The position numbers and the translations under genes are program-made. Below, piece by piece: positions 29,793-38,939 of a DNA stretch of 64,000 bases. Origin of the DNA: an uncultured Thermoplasmata archaeon (GTDB lineage Archaea > Thermoplasmatota > Thermoplasmata > RBG-16-68-12); NCBI GenBank assembly GCA_963768855.1, contig CAVYJM010000006.1, positions 128,001 through 192,000 on the forward strand, read 5' to 3'. The first letter of the stretch is position 1; each line of letters opens with the position of its first letter. The notes under the pieces are model-generated. The model ran no database searches and had not been told where the DNA came from. It saw only the letters and a program-made list of their open reading frames with translations.

Positions 29793-31085
29793 ATGTTGAC
29801 GGCCGAGGAGACCCGGGTCCTGGAGCGGATTGAGGAGGGGCGGGGCGATCTCGTGGCCCTCCTCGGGAGCCTCGTGCGCTTCCGCACGGTCTCCCCTCTC
29901 CTTGGGGAGCGGGCGGAGGGTCCGGACTACCGCAATCTGCAAGCCTTCGTCTCAGCACGCCTCGAACGGCTCGGGTTCGACGTCGAGACGTGGGAGGCGG
30001 ACGCGGCCTCCCTCGAATCTTTTCCCGGCTCCGGCGTCGTGAAGGACCGTGACTTGGGCAACATGCCCATCCTCGTCGGGCGGCGCGCGGGTCGCGGTCG
30101 TTCCCTCCTGCTGAACGCCCATTACGATGTTGTCCCGCCGGGCGTGCTGGAGAACTGGCGCCATCCGCCCTTCGAGGGCGTCGTCGAGGATGGGCGGATT
30201 TACGGGCGGGGGACCTGCGACATGAAGGGCGGCATCGCCGCGATGCTCCACGCACTCGAGTGCATTCTCACCGCGGATGCGGCGATCCCTGGCCCGCTCA
30301 TCTTCGAATCGGTCCCGGACGAGGAGCAGACCTCCATGGGCACGCTCGCCTGTTGCCAGCGCGGCATCCGCGCGGACGCCGCGATCATCCCCGAGCCCAC
30401 GGACCTCCAGGTGCTCGTCGCGGTCCGCGGCTCCTTCAGCGGCAAGATCGTTGTTACGGGCCGCGCTGGCCACTCCGAAATTGCCCAGCCTCCCTGGCAG
30501 GAGGGCGGCGCTGTGAACGCGATCGAGATGGCGATGAAGGTCGTGCAGGCCCTCGAGTCGCTCAACGAGGAATGGAAGGCGAAGCCGGAGAAGCATCACA
30601 AGTTCCTCGACCCGGACGTCATCGTGCCGACGATGATCCGCGGGGGCGAGTGGGAGGTCATGTATCCCGAGCGCGTTGAGATCACGTTCACGTCGGACTT
30701 CGTGCCCGCCACGAAGGACATCCGCGGCGAGATCCAGGCTATGCTCGATCGCGTGGCGCAGTCCGATCCCTGGATGCGGGAGCATCCGCCCTTCCTGGAC
30801 GCGGGCGACTACCTGTATGCCGCCGAGGTCCGCGAGGACGAGCCGATCGTCCGGACCGCGTCGATCGCGCTCGAAGACCTGGGGATTCCGCCGAAGCCGG
30901 TCGGCTTCGGCAGCCTGACGGACATGATCCACCTGGTGAACTACTCGAAGGTCCCGACCACCTCGATCGGGCCGTCGTACCGCACGGCGCACAGGGCGGA
31001 CGAGAACGTCACGATCGACGAGCTCGTCGCGACGGCGAAGGCCCTCGCCCTGACGATCCTCCGTTGGAGCGGCCCGCCCCAGTGA
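29793..31085 (+). CDS. M20/ArgE-DapE-family metallopeptidase
   Basis: LNAHYDVV, GRGTCDMKGG, DEE, GRAGHS, AHRADE. Confidence 0.92.
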   Translation: MLTAEETRVLERIEEGRGDLVALLGSLVRFRTVSPLLGERAEGPDYRNLQAFVSARLERLGFDVETWEADAASLESFPGSGVVKDRDLGNMPILVGRRAGRGRSLLLNAHYDVVPPGVLENWRHPPFEGVVEDGRIYGRGTCDMKGGIAAMLHALECILTADAAIPGPLIFESVPDEEQTSMGTLACCQRGIRADAAIIPEPTDLQVLVAVRGSFSGKIVVTGRAGHSEIAQPPWQEGGAVNAIEMAMKVVQALESLNEEWKAKPEKHHKFLDPDVIVPTMIRGGEWEVMYPERVEITFTSDFVPATKDIRGEIQAMLDRVAQSDPWMREHPPFLDAGDYLYAAEVREDEPIVRTASIALEDLGIPPKPVGFGSLTDMIHLVNYSKVPTTSIGPSYRTAHRADENVTIDELVATAKALALTILRWSGPPQ

Positions 31086-31661
31086 TCAGGGTCCCTCGAT
31101 CCCCGGTCGCTTGTTCAGCGCCGCACGCTCGATTACCCGGCGGATGCGCCGTTCGCGCGTCTCCGGTTTCTTCGCGTCCATGACCCAGAAGATGTAGCTC
31201 GCCTGGAACGAGCCGCCCCAGGCGCGGAAGTTCTTCCAGGCGGCCGGGTTCGCGCGCAGGGCGCTTCCGAGGTAGGACGGCATCCGCGGTTTGCGGCTCG
31301 GCCGACGGGCGCGGACCCACTGTCCGTTCGCCTTCGCCGCTTCGATGGTCGCGAGGCCCGCAGGGTGACCTTCCCCTCGCGGATCAGGCGCGTCATGCGT
31401 CCCCGGTTCGACTCGGACCAGATGCTATCCGCCTTCCTCGGAGAAAAGCGCAGCAGGAAGGTCGTCGCGTCGTGGGCCCTGAGCTTCCCGTCGATCCAGC
31501 CAAAGCAGAGCGCCTCCTCGAGGGCCTCTTCGTAGTGCAGGCCGCCGGGCACGGCCTTCTTCGCCAGAACGAGCACCACCTCCGTCGTGCCGGCGTGGTT
31601 CGCTTCGAGCCACGCATGCCACGCCCCGCGCCCCGAGAACCGGAGTGGCTCGGATGCTCAT
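31086..31661 (-). CDS. YdeI/OmpD-associated family protein, frameshifts at ~31648 and ~31365
   Basis: [26 protein letters not shown]; C-terminus [11 protein letters not shown]. Confidence 0.82.
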
Positions 31662-31776
31662 CCGTTGCCCGGATACCGCGTCGCCGAATCAAGCTTCTCG
31701 GCGTACTGCTGACGCCCTCCCGTTCCCTTTCCAAGCCCGAAGCCTTCTTAAACCACCGGCCCTTCCGCGGTCCGTC

Positions 31777-31926
31777 ATGGCCCGCTTCCCGGAAGCCGAG
31801 CGGCGTCTGCTGCTCAAGAAGATCTGCATGCAGTGCTACGCGCGCAATGCGCCGCGGGCCACGCGCTGCCGGAAGTGCGGGAGCACGGAGCTCCGCCCGA
31901 AGGCCAAGGAAGCGCGGAAGGAGTAG
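31777..31926 (+). CDS. rpl40e: Ribosomal protein eL40 (L40e)
   Basis: [29 protein letters not shown]; TATA CTTAAA at 31747. Confidence 0.95.
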   Translation: MARFPEAERRLLLKKICMQCYARNAPRATRCRKCGSTELRPKAKEARKE

Positions 31927-32049
31927 GCGTTCGCCTGCGGTCGCGATCCCAACCCGGCCCGCGTGGCGAATGCGTTCTTGAAGTCGTCCCCCGGACAGGC
32001 TTAACTATCTGGTCGGTTTCAGCGGATTCGCCCTACGGAGGAAGAAGAG

Positions 32050-32508
32050 ATGGCAGAACCCGAACCGGGAAGCTTTGTGCACATCGAGTTCGCATCGACG
32101 GATCCGCGGCGGACCCGCAAGTTCTTCGAGGACGTGTTCGGCTGGGAGTTCCAGTCCATGCCCGGGATGGAGTACCATGTGTACGCGACGCCTCGGGGTC
32201 CCGGGGGCGCCGTGATGGGCCCGACCGAGGAACGGCCCTCGGGTGTGCTCAACTATCTCCTGTCCCGCGACATCGAGGCCGACGTGAGGCGGATTGAAGC
32301 GGCGGGTGGCCGGATCCTCGTGCCGAAGAAGGAGGTCCCCGGCGTGGGATGGTGGGCGTTGTTCGAGGAGCCTACGGGGATCGTCCTCGCGCTATTCCAG
32401 AGCCTGTCCCCGGATCGAGGTCCGGAGGCTCGTTATCGCGGCGGCTCCGCGCGACGAAGGGGTCCCGCGGGGAGCGGCAAGCCGAGCAGAAGACGCCCGG
32501 GCTTATAG
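32050..32508 (+). CDS. VOC/glyoxalase-family protein, paralog 1
   Basis: FVHIEF...FFEDVFGW...AGG...PGVGWWALFEEPTG. Confidence 0.9.
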   Translation: MAEPEPGSFVHIEFASTDPRRTRKFFEDVFGWEFQSMPGMEYHVYATPRGPGGAVMGPTEERPSGVLNYLLSRDIEADVRRIEAAGGRILVPKKEVPGVGWWALFEEPTGIVLALFQSLSPDRGPEARYRGGSARRRGPAGSGKPSRRRPGL

Positions 32509-32537
32509 CCCTCCGTTTCTTTAGGCGCTCCTCAGCC

Positions 32538-33176
32538 ATGAGCTCGCGAGCGGGGTCCGTCGCCGGACTGGGGAAGCAGCGCGTCGAGTCGCTCACGGAC
32601 GGCATTTTTGGCACCGTGATGACGATCCTGGGACTCAGCCTCATCGTCCCCTACGTGACCGCCCCCGCAGACCAGCCTCTCCCCTCCCTCGGCGACATCC
32701 TCCCTGGCGTGCTCATCTACGCGCTCAGCTTCGTGATCATGGGCGTGTTCTGGGTCGGCCACCATGTCGTCTTCCACTACATCCGCCGCACGGATCGCAC
32801 GCTGATCTGGCTGAACAACGCGTTCCTCCTTTTCGTCGGCCTGCTTCCGCTCACGACCGCGCTCCTGGGCCGGCACGACCTCGTGCAGGCGGCGCTCGTC
32901 GCCTACGGCCTCAATCTGATCGCGGTCCAGGCCGCGCTGTACGCGACGTTCTGGTATGCCACGGTCCACCACCATCTCGTCGACCTCGACTTGGGGCCGG
33001 AGATCATCCGGTCCGGCCGCCGTCGGATCCTCCTCGGGCCCTGCGTCTCCTCGATCGCGATCCTGCTCACGTTCGTCGACCCTTACCTGAGCCTGGGGAT
33101 CTTCGTCCTCTTCCCGGTCGTGTTCATCCTCCCCGGCCGGATCGACGTTTTCTTCCGGCGGCAGGAGCACCCATAG
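32538..33176 (+). CDS. TMEM175-family (DUF1211) K+ channel-like protein
   Basis: RVESLTDGIF, FWVGHH, IWLNNAFL. Confidence 0.88.
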   Translation: MSSRAGSVAGLGKQRVESLTDGIFGTVMTILGLSLIVPYVTAPADQPLPSLGDILPGVLIYALSFVIMGVFWVGHHVVFHYIRRTDRTLIWLNNAFLLFVGLLPLTTALLGRHDLVQAALVAYGLNLIAVQAALYATFWYATVHHHLVDLDLGPEIIRSGRRRILLGPCVSSIAILLTFVDPYLSLGIFVLFPVVFILPGRIDVFFRRQEHP

Positions 33177-33192
33177 CGGGAGGAGGGCCAGG

Positions 33193-33615
33193 ATGCCTTC
33201 GGCCTCGACGATCGCGTGTTTCTTCGACGGTGCCTGCAAGGGAAACCAGTTTGCGTCGAAGGGACCGATGTGGGTCGCGTACGTCATCGGGAAGGAGGAG
33301 CACGTCCACGAGATCCCGGACCTCCCGATGCCGCAGGGCACGCTCCGGAGCAACAACATCGCGGAATATGCCGCGCTCATCCGCCTCCTTCGCCGCGCGA
33401 GCGAGCTCGACGCCCGGCGTCCCGGGACCCGGTACCTGGTCCACGGTGACTCGCAGCTCGTCGTCTACCAGATGCAGGGGCGGTACCGGGTGCGGGAACC
33501 GCACCTCGTGCCGCTCCATGCGGAGGCGCGACGCCTCGCGGCGGGTCTGGCCGTCACCTTCCGCTGGGTCCCGCGCGACCAGAACCGGGCCGGGCACTTG
33601 CTCGAGGCCCTCTGA
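33193..33615 (+). CDS. Ribonuclease HI-family protein
   Basis: FFDGAC, NNIAEY, GDSQLVV.Q..G.Y, WVPRDQN. Confidence 0.85.
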   Translation: MPSASTIACFFDGACKGNQFASKGPMWVAYVIGKEEHVHEIPDLPMPQGTLRSNNIAEYAALIRLLRRASELDARRPGTRYLVHGDSQLVVYQMQGRYRVREPHLVPLHAEARRLAAGLAVTFRWVPRDQNRAGHLLEAL

Positions 33616-33765
33616 TCAGATCGGCGACGCGCCGAGCGTGTAGCCTCCCGAGAGCGCCGCCTTGGGCGAATCCCGCAGGATCCAGTAGAGCCGCAGGCTC
33701 CCGCGACGCCGGGGCACGATCTTCGTGCCGTCCTGCTCGCGGATTGGGATGAATTCGAGCTTCAT
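33616..33765 (-). CDS. 49-aa hypothetical small protein (below the ORF-track cutoff)
   Basis: GAGGAG SD then ATG; MKLEFIPIREQDGTKIVPRRRGSLRLYWILRD...; homolog at 42920-43126. Confidence 0.65.
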   Translation of the reverse strand: MKLEFIPIREQDGTKIVPRRRGSLRLYWILRDSPKAALSGGYTLGASPI

Positions 33766-33817
33766 GGAGATCCTCTCCTCGGGGAATGGAAAAAAGGATG
33801 CGGATGGGGTCGTGAGG

Positions 33818-34192
33818 TCACAGGGACTTCACGAGGCCCCATGCCGCGCCCACGAGGACGACGAGGCCCGTCAGGAATCCCGCCGCCCCGCCCGCCAGGA
33901 TGAGCAGGGCCAACCCCGCGACCCCGGCGACGAGGACGCCGTTCCGCATGCTCTTGCGCGAGACCCCGTACGCCACGAAGCCCAGCAGCCCGAAGACGAC
34001 CAGATAGATCGCTCCGAGCGGCACGACCGCGGCCGAGGACTCGGTCAGGGCCCGCACCACGTAGGTCACGATGCCCGCGAGCACCGCGATGGCACTCCCC
34101 AGGACGATGGGGACCTGGTAGGTCTCCATGTGCTCGAGGGCGCGCCACGAGCGGTTCACGCGATCGGACACGTTGCTTGTTTCGGTTGCCAT
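33818..34192 (-). CDS. Hypothetical 4-TM membrane protein
   Basis: Four hydrophobic segments; T-rich tract downstream on the minus strand. Confidence 0.75.
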   Translation of the reverse strand: MATETSNVSDRVNRSWRALEHMETYQVPIVLGSAIAVLAGIVTYVVRALTESSAAVVPLGAIYLVVFGLLGFVAYGVSRKSMRNGVLVAGVAGLALLILAGGAAGFLTGLVVLVGAAWGLVKSL

Positions 34193-34413
34193 GAGTGCGT
34201 TCACCTCGGCTCCCCCTCTTCCAGCACCCTACTTAACCGTGATTGGACGTCCGTCGAACCGCGTATGAAGGTGTTGTCGTGGTCCCGACGACCCGATTCC
34301 GAGCCACGCGTCCGACCCCGGGAAGGGCCTCCGGCACTTTCGCCGTCCTCCCCCGGGACAAGGGGGAAATACCCCGGCCGCGCATGCGGGGTCCCCCTGG
34401 TGGGGGAGGAAGG

Positions 34414-34875
34414 ATGACCACGGCCATCGACAAGCCCGGCAGTTTCGTGCATATCGAGATTGCATCGACCGATCCGGAGAGGACCCGGAAGTTCTTCGAG
34501 GACGTCTTCGACTGGGAGTTCAACGCGATTCCAGAGATGAACTACACGACGTACGAGGCGCCGAGTGGGCCCGGCGGCGGACTCATGACCCCGATGGAGA
34601 ACCAGCAGCCCGGGATCTTGAACTACCTGTTGTCTCACGACCTCGACGCGGATGTCAAGAAGATCGAACAGGCGGGCGGCCGGATCCTCATGCCCAAGAC
34701 GGAAATCCCTGGCATGGGGTGGTGGATCGTCTTCCAGGAGCCCACGGGCCTCGTCCTCGCCCTGTATCAGGGGCGCCAGCAGGCACGCCCTCCTCCCCGT
34801 CGCCCGGCCCGGAAGCCCGCGAGCCGCGCGCGCAAGTCCGCAGGCCGGTCGAAGGGACGGGGCCGCAAGAAGTAA
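34414..34875 (+). CDS. VOC/glyoxalase-family protein, paralog 2
   Basis: GGAGG SD; FVHIEIASTDPERTRKFFEDVF; basic C-terminal tail. Confidence 0.9.
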   Translation: MTTAIDKPGSFVHIEIASTDPERTRKFFEDVFDWEFNAIPEMNYTTYEAPSGPGGGLMTPMENQQPGILNYLLSHDLDADVKKIEQAGGRILMPKTEIPGMGWWIVFQEPTGLVLALYQGRQQARPPPRRPARKPASRARKSAGRSKGRGRKK

Positions 34876-35008
34876 GCCCGTCCCCCACGCGGGGCGAAAC
34901 AGAACAATCCTAGCAAGGGACAATGCCCCCCTCCCCCGATTACCCCGCCGGAGGTGGGTAGTTGTACGTCCCCACGATCTCGACCGCCGGTGTCCCGAAG
35001 CCGCCGAA

Positions 35009-37677
35009 CTAGCGACGGCTGCGCTGCGTAGGCGCCGAGCGCAGAATCTGGAGATCGGACTCGATCTTCGAAAGCAGCTCGCGATTTCCGACTCGGCCCG
35101 CAATCTCGCGGGCCTCCAGGAGATAGGATTGACTTTCTCCCCTCTTGTCCTGTTCGGAGTAGAAGCCCGCGACCTCGCGGAGGACGAGGGCCAGGTCCGC
35201 GGGGCTTCCATGGACCCTCAGATCCGCGATCCCTTCCTGCCACGCATGGGTGGCTCTTGACCAGTGCCCCAGGCGCAGCTCCAGTTCTCCCTCGTACGTC
35301 TTCAGGAAACCCAAGGTGTCCTTCTCCTCGAGGATCTCAAAGTAGTCCATCGCGAGGCGGAGCGTTACACCCGCTTCCTCGTAGCGGTGCAGTTGGAGCA
35401 GCGCATTCGTCTGGTTCATCGTGGCATAGGCCATGAGTCGGAGATTCCCCAGCAACCGAGCGGTCTCGAATCCGTCCGCATAGTGTCGGAGGCTTTCGGC
35501 ACCCCTTCCCGCTCCCGTGAGGGTCGCCCCCACGACGATGTGCGCGTGGGCCACCTCCGTGAGGTTGCCGGAACGTTCCGCCACGCGTAGCCCTTCAAGA
35601 TTGGACTCGAGTCCTTGATCCACGTGCCCCCGCTGTAACTGAAGGCTGCCGAGCGCGAGCAGCGTGCGCGACAGAGCGGCGCGATCCGACGATTCCGTGG
35701 CCAAGTCCACGGCCTCGCTCAGGTGACGGGCCGCCTGATCGATGTTTCCGAGGGCCTGTTCGGCCAAGGCCATCTCCCGTAGGACCTCCGTCATCTCGGC
35801 GGAGTTGTTCATCTCGAGCAGTCGGGCGCGGGACTCCACCAGATACCCGAGCGCCTTGGGATACGCGTTCCGGCATCGTTCCAGGAAAGCCATCTTCCGG
35901 AGGAGCCTCGGGACTCGTTCGAACCGGCGCGCGCTCTCCGAGAGCTTTCGGGCGTGCCCGTACTGGAACAGGGCGGGGCCCACATGACCGCGGACACGGA
36001 GGCTGTCTCCCAAGACCTCGGCAAAGACGCAATACGTGCCCGCCTGGGTTTCGTCAAGAGTGAGTCCGTGAACCAGGGAGGCGATGTCTTCCGCGGCGAC
36101 ACAGTCCAGGAGAGGACTGCCCTCTGAGTCGAGGAGCATGGCGGCCTCGGCGGACTGGCCCGCTTCGAGCAAGTGGTAGACGCCCTCCCAGCGCTCGCGG
36201 GAGTCGGCCGCCCGCAAGAGGCGTTCCGCTGCCCGGGCGTGGAGAGCCCGCCGCCTCGCGCCGGGAACTTGGGCTGTCACGAACCCCCTCACCAGGTCGT
36301 GCATCAGGTATCCGCCCGCAATGGTCCTCTCGAGCAGATTGCGCTCGGTGAGGCTCTCCAATGCGGGATGGTCTGTCTCGGCGACCTCCTCGAGGATGTG
36401 TTCGCTCACCGGTCGCCGGAAAACGGACGCGGCCTGCAGGACGGATCGGTCGGTGTCCGAGAGGGAGCCCCACACCTCTTCCTCAAGGTACCGTTGCACC
36501 GCCGCACCCCGCCCGGTCCCCGTGGACGCGGCGAGGTGGAGAAGAAGAGGGTGCCCCCGCGTGGTCCGGACGATCTCCTGTGCGGTACTGGAATCCGGCC
36601 CTAGCCCACGGCTCCGAAGGAGAGCCATCGAGGCCCCGGGGTCGAGACCGCGCAGGTGAAGGATCTCAGGCTCTCGCGCTCCTTCGGTCGACGCGTCCAG
36701 CCACCGCGGGAGCCGGCGCCCGAGCAGGACCACTTTGACTCGGAGATCTCGACTCATGCGGAGGAATAGGCCGCTGATGAGTTTGGTGACGTCCCGCGAC
36801 GCCTGATCCACATTGTCGAGGACCACCAAAGTCCGCCCGTCGGCCAAGTCGCGCTCCAAGAGGCGGGAGACGAAGGCCAGGTCGAGGGGAACGCCCTGTG
36901 CGAGATGTGCGGCCAGTCCGGGTTTCCCCTGGGCGGCTAGGAAGCCCCCGAAGTCCGCAAGGAGCCCCGCGGCCGTGGACGAGGGACGCGTCTCGAACCC
37001 GTACACAGGGACCCGCACTTGACGTCCCTGGATCCAAGCCGCCACGAGCGCGCTCTTCCCGATCCCCGCGAGGCCGGTGACGAACAGGACGGGCGAATCG
37101 GACGTCCACCAGGCGTCGAGGGTCTTCAGCTCCCCCGTCCTCCCGATGAACCGATCCACGCGCCGCAATCCGCTGCCCCACACGACGGGTCCACGATTCC
37201 GGGCGGCAGCGGCGGTGCGCGTGAGGTCCAGGCGGCCCTTCCGTACGGACGACAGGGCGCCGGTGAGGTCGATCCGGGTCGACGCGAGGGTTCGGCACTT
37301 CGACGACGCGCACGGTGAGCGATCCGACGTTCGGAGCGCGGACTGTGACCACCTGGGAACCGAGTCTCTCGCGCAGGGCCACGGCAGCCTTCCACCCCGT
37401 CTCGCTCAGGTGGTATTCGTACTTCGGCAGTGAATGACCGGCGAGGCGGATCCGGTCCCGGGTGACGAGCCCATTCGCGCTCGAGCCGGTCCAGCCACTT
37501 CGTGAGCGTGCTCCGGCCGGAGCGGGTCGCGGTCGCGATCCCGTCCTGCGTCTGCTCTTCCGGCCGCAAGGCCTCGGAGGAGAGGTGGACCAGGACGCGG
37601 TCCGACGTCACGAACGTGCGCTTCCGGACGTACTGGCGGACCAGGGAGAAGCCTCGCGGAGGGTATGCGCGGGGCAA
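35009..37677 (-). CDS. wHTH-STAND (NB-ARC-like) ATPase-TPR regulator 1, frameshifts at ~37470 and ~37295
   Basis: TQDGIA..LE..GLV..KYEYHL wHTH; GLAGIGKS Walker A; VVLDNVD; RGHPL; MHDL; TPR-like helices. Confidence 0.85.
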
Positions 37678-37741
37678 AATAGAACATTTCGGCCTCTGGT
37701 TTTAAGTCTATCCTCGTCTCTGAGCGTCGTCCGCAAAGCCT

Positions 37742-38128
37742 ATGGCATCCCCCCAGGCCAACGGCGAGCGAGCGTGGAACGCCTCGCCGTGGCTGCCCTT
37801 CGTGTACGCGGAAGTCATCCGCAGTCCGGAGACCTTCGGAGTCGTGATTCTCGGCGACAAGGACCGCGACCCCCTCCTCGTCACGCACGGCGTGATCCGC
37901 GACGAGATGTGGAAGTTCCATCACAGCCCGCGCTCCGCGGCGAGCGGCGCGCTCTTCTTCCGCTACGTCGAGACGGCCCTGGAGGGGGAGGCGGAACGCC
38001 TCGCCCACATCGTCCAGGAGGAGCTGGCGAAGCTCGCGGACCACCCGATCCTATGGGGGGACTTTCCCCCGCTGGCCCCGTCGGGTGCGCTGGAAGCCGT
38101 CGCGGTCAAGAGGTCCCCGACTTCCTGA
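37742..38128 (+). CDS. Hypothetical protein (128 aa)
   Basis: High-GC3 codon pattern; divergent from regulator 1 across a shared TATA-like tract (~37701). Confidence 0.65.
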   Translation: MASPQANGERAWNASPWLPFVYAEVIRSPETFGVVILGDKDRDPLLVTHGVIRDEMWKFHHSPRSAASGALFFRYVETALEGEAERLAHIVQEELAKLADHPILWGDFPPLAPSGALEAVAVKRSPTS

Positions 38129-38209
38129 TCGGACGGCCAAACGGATCCGGGGGACGCCGGCCTCGACCTCGGCCGTATGGCGTCCCTCGGCTGGAGATCC
38201 GACTCCGGA

Positions 38210-38338
38210 TCAGACGAAGCGGACGAGGTAGGCCGCCTTGATGAGGAGGGCCGCCTTGATCGCGAGCGCCGCCTTCACGGCGAGCGCGGCGCAAGCGAAC
38301 GAGGCCAGGACCCAGGGAACTGCGAACGTGGTCTTCAC
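38210..38338 (-). CDS. 42-aa hydrophobic peptide with KAAL-type repeats
   Basis: GTGA overlap with the upstream stop; VKTTFAVPWVLASFACAALAVKAALAIKAALLIKAAYLVRFV; three 18-nt tandem units. Confidence 0.55.
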   Translation of the reverse strand: MKTTFAVPWVLASFACAALAVKAALAIKAALLIKAAYLVRFV

Positions 38339-38553
38339 CTCCCTTCGAATTCGGGATTGAGCCCCCTGTCGGCCGCTCCGGCGGAGGATCGGAGGACCCC
38401 GCGCAGGAGCTGTGCGGTTCGGGAGAGGACGGAGCCGCCTTGCGAGCCGTCCTCCCGGGTTCGTTGCTTCCGCGGCGGCCAGCCGGCGTAGCCGTCCAGG
38501 TCGTCCCGTCGGAACGTCCGGACGCCCGCGGCTCCCATCGCCGCGAACGCCAT
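38335..38553 (-). CDS. 72-aa hypothetical protein
   Basis: GGAGG SD, TGATG overlap with the upstream ORF. Confidence 0.45.
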   Translation of the reverse strand: MAFAAMGAAGVRTFRRDDLDGYAGWPPRKQRTREDGSQGGSVLSRTAQLLRGVLRSSAGAADRGLNPEFEGR

Positions 38554-38804
38554 CACGCGCCTCCGGGTGCGGTGAGGGCCGCGGAGAGGGCCTCCGAGAT
38601 CTTGGTCAGAGCCCGGACGACCGTCCCGACCTTCCCTCCGTTCATCCGCGCGCGGCCCGCCCGGCGCGCGCGCAGGATCGCGGCAGTCACGGCCGCGCCG
38701 TCTCCGGCGTACTCGGCGCTCACCCACGCCCGCAGGTCCGCGGGGATCTGGGGGGCGTCCGTTCGCATCCGGCTCACAAGACTCGCTTGGGTTACGGGCA
38801 GCAT
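38553..38804 (-). CDS. 83-aa hypothetical protein
   Basis: GGAGG-CAAAAA-ATG; MLPVTQASLVSRMRTD... Confidence 0.5.
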   Translation of the reverse strand: MLPVTQASLVSRMRTDAPQIPADLRAWVSAEYAGDGAAVTAAILRARRAGRARMNGGKVGTVVRALTKISEALSAALTAPGGA

Positions 38805-38939
38805 TTTTTGCCTCCAGAGACGGTCCACGACCCGGAGGGTCAAGAGGGAAGCGCAGGAGTCCCGAGGGGACTCCTATGCCGAGGCGGGAAAACGTACTTA
38901 GGGCCACATTCCGTTGACCCGAGGTTGCGAGGGAGCTTA

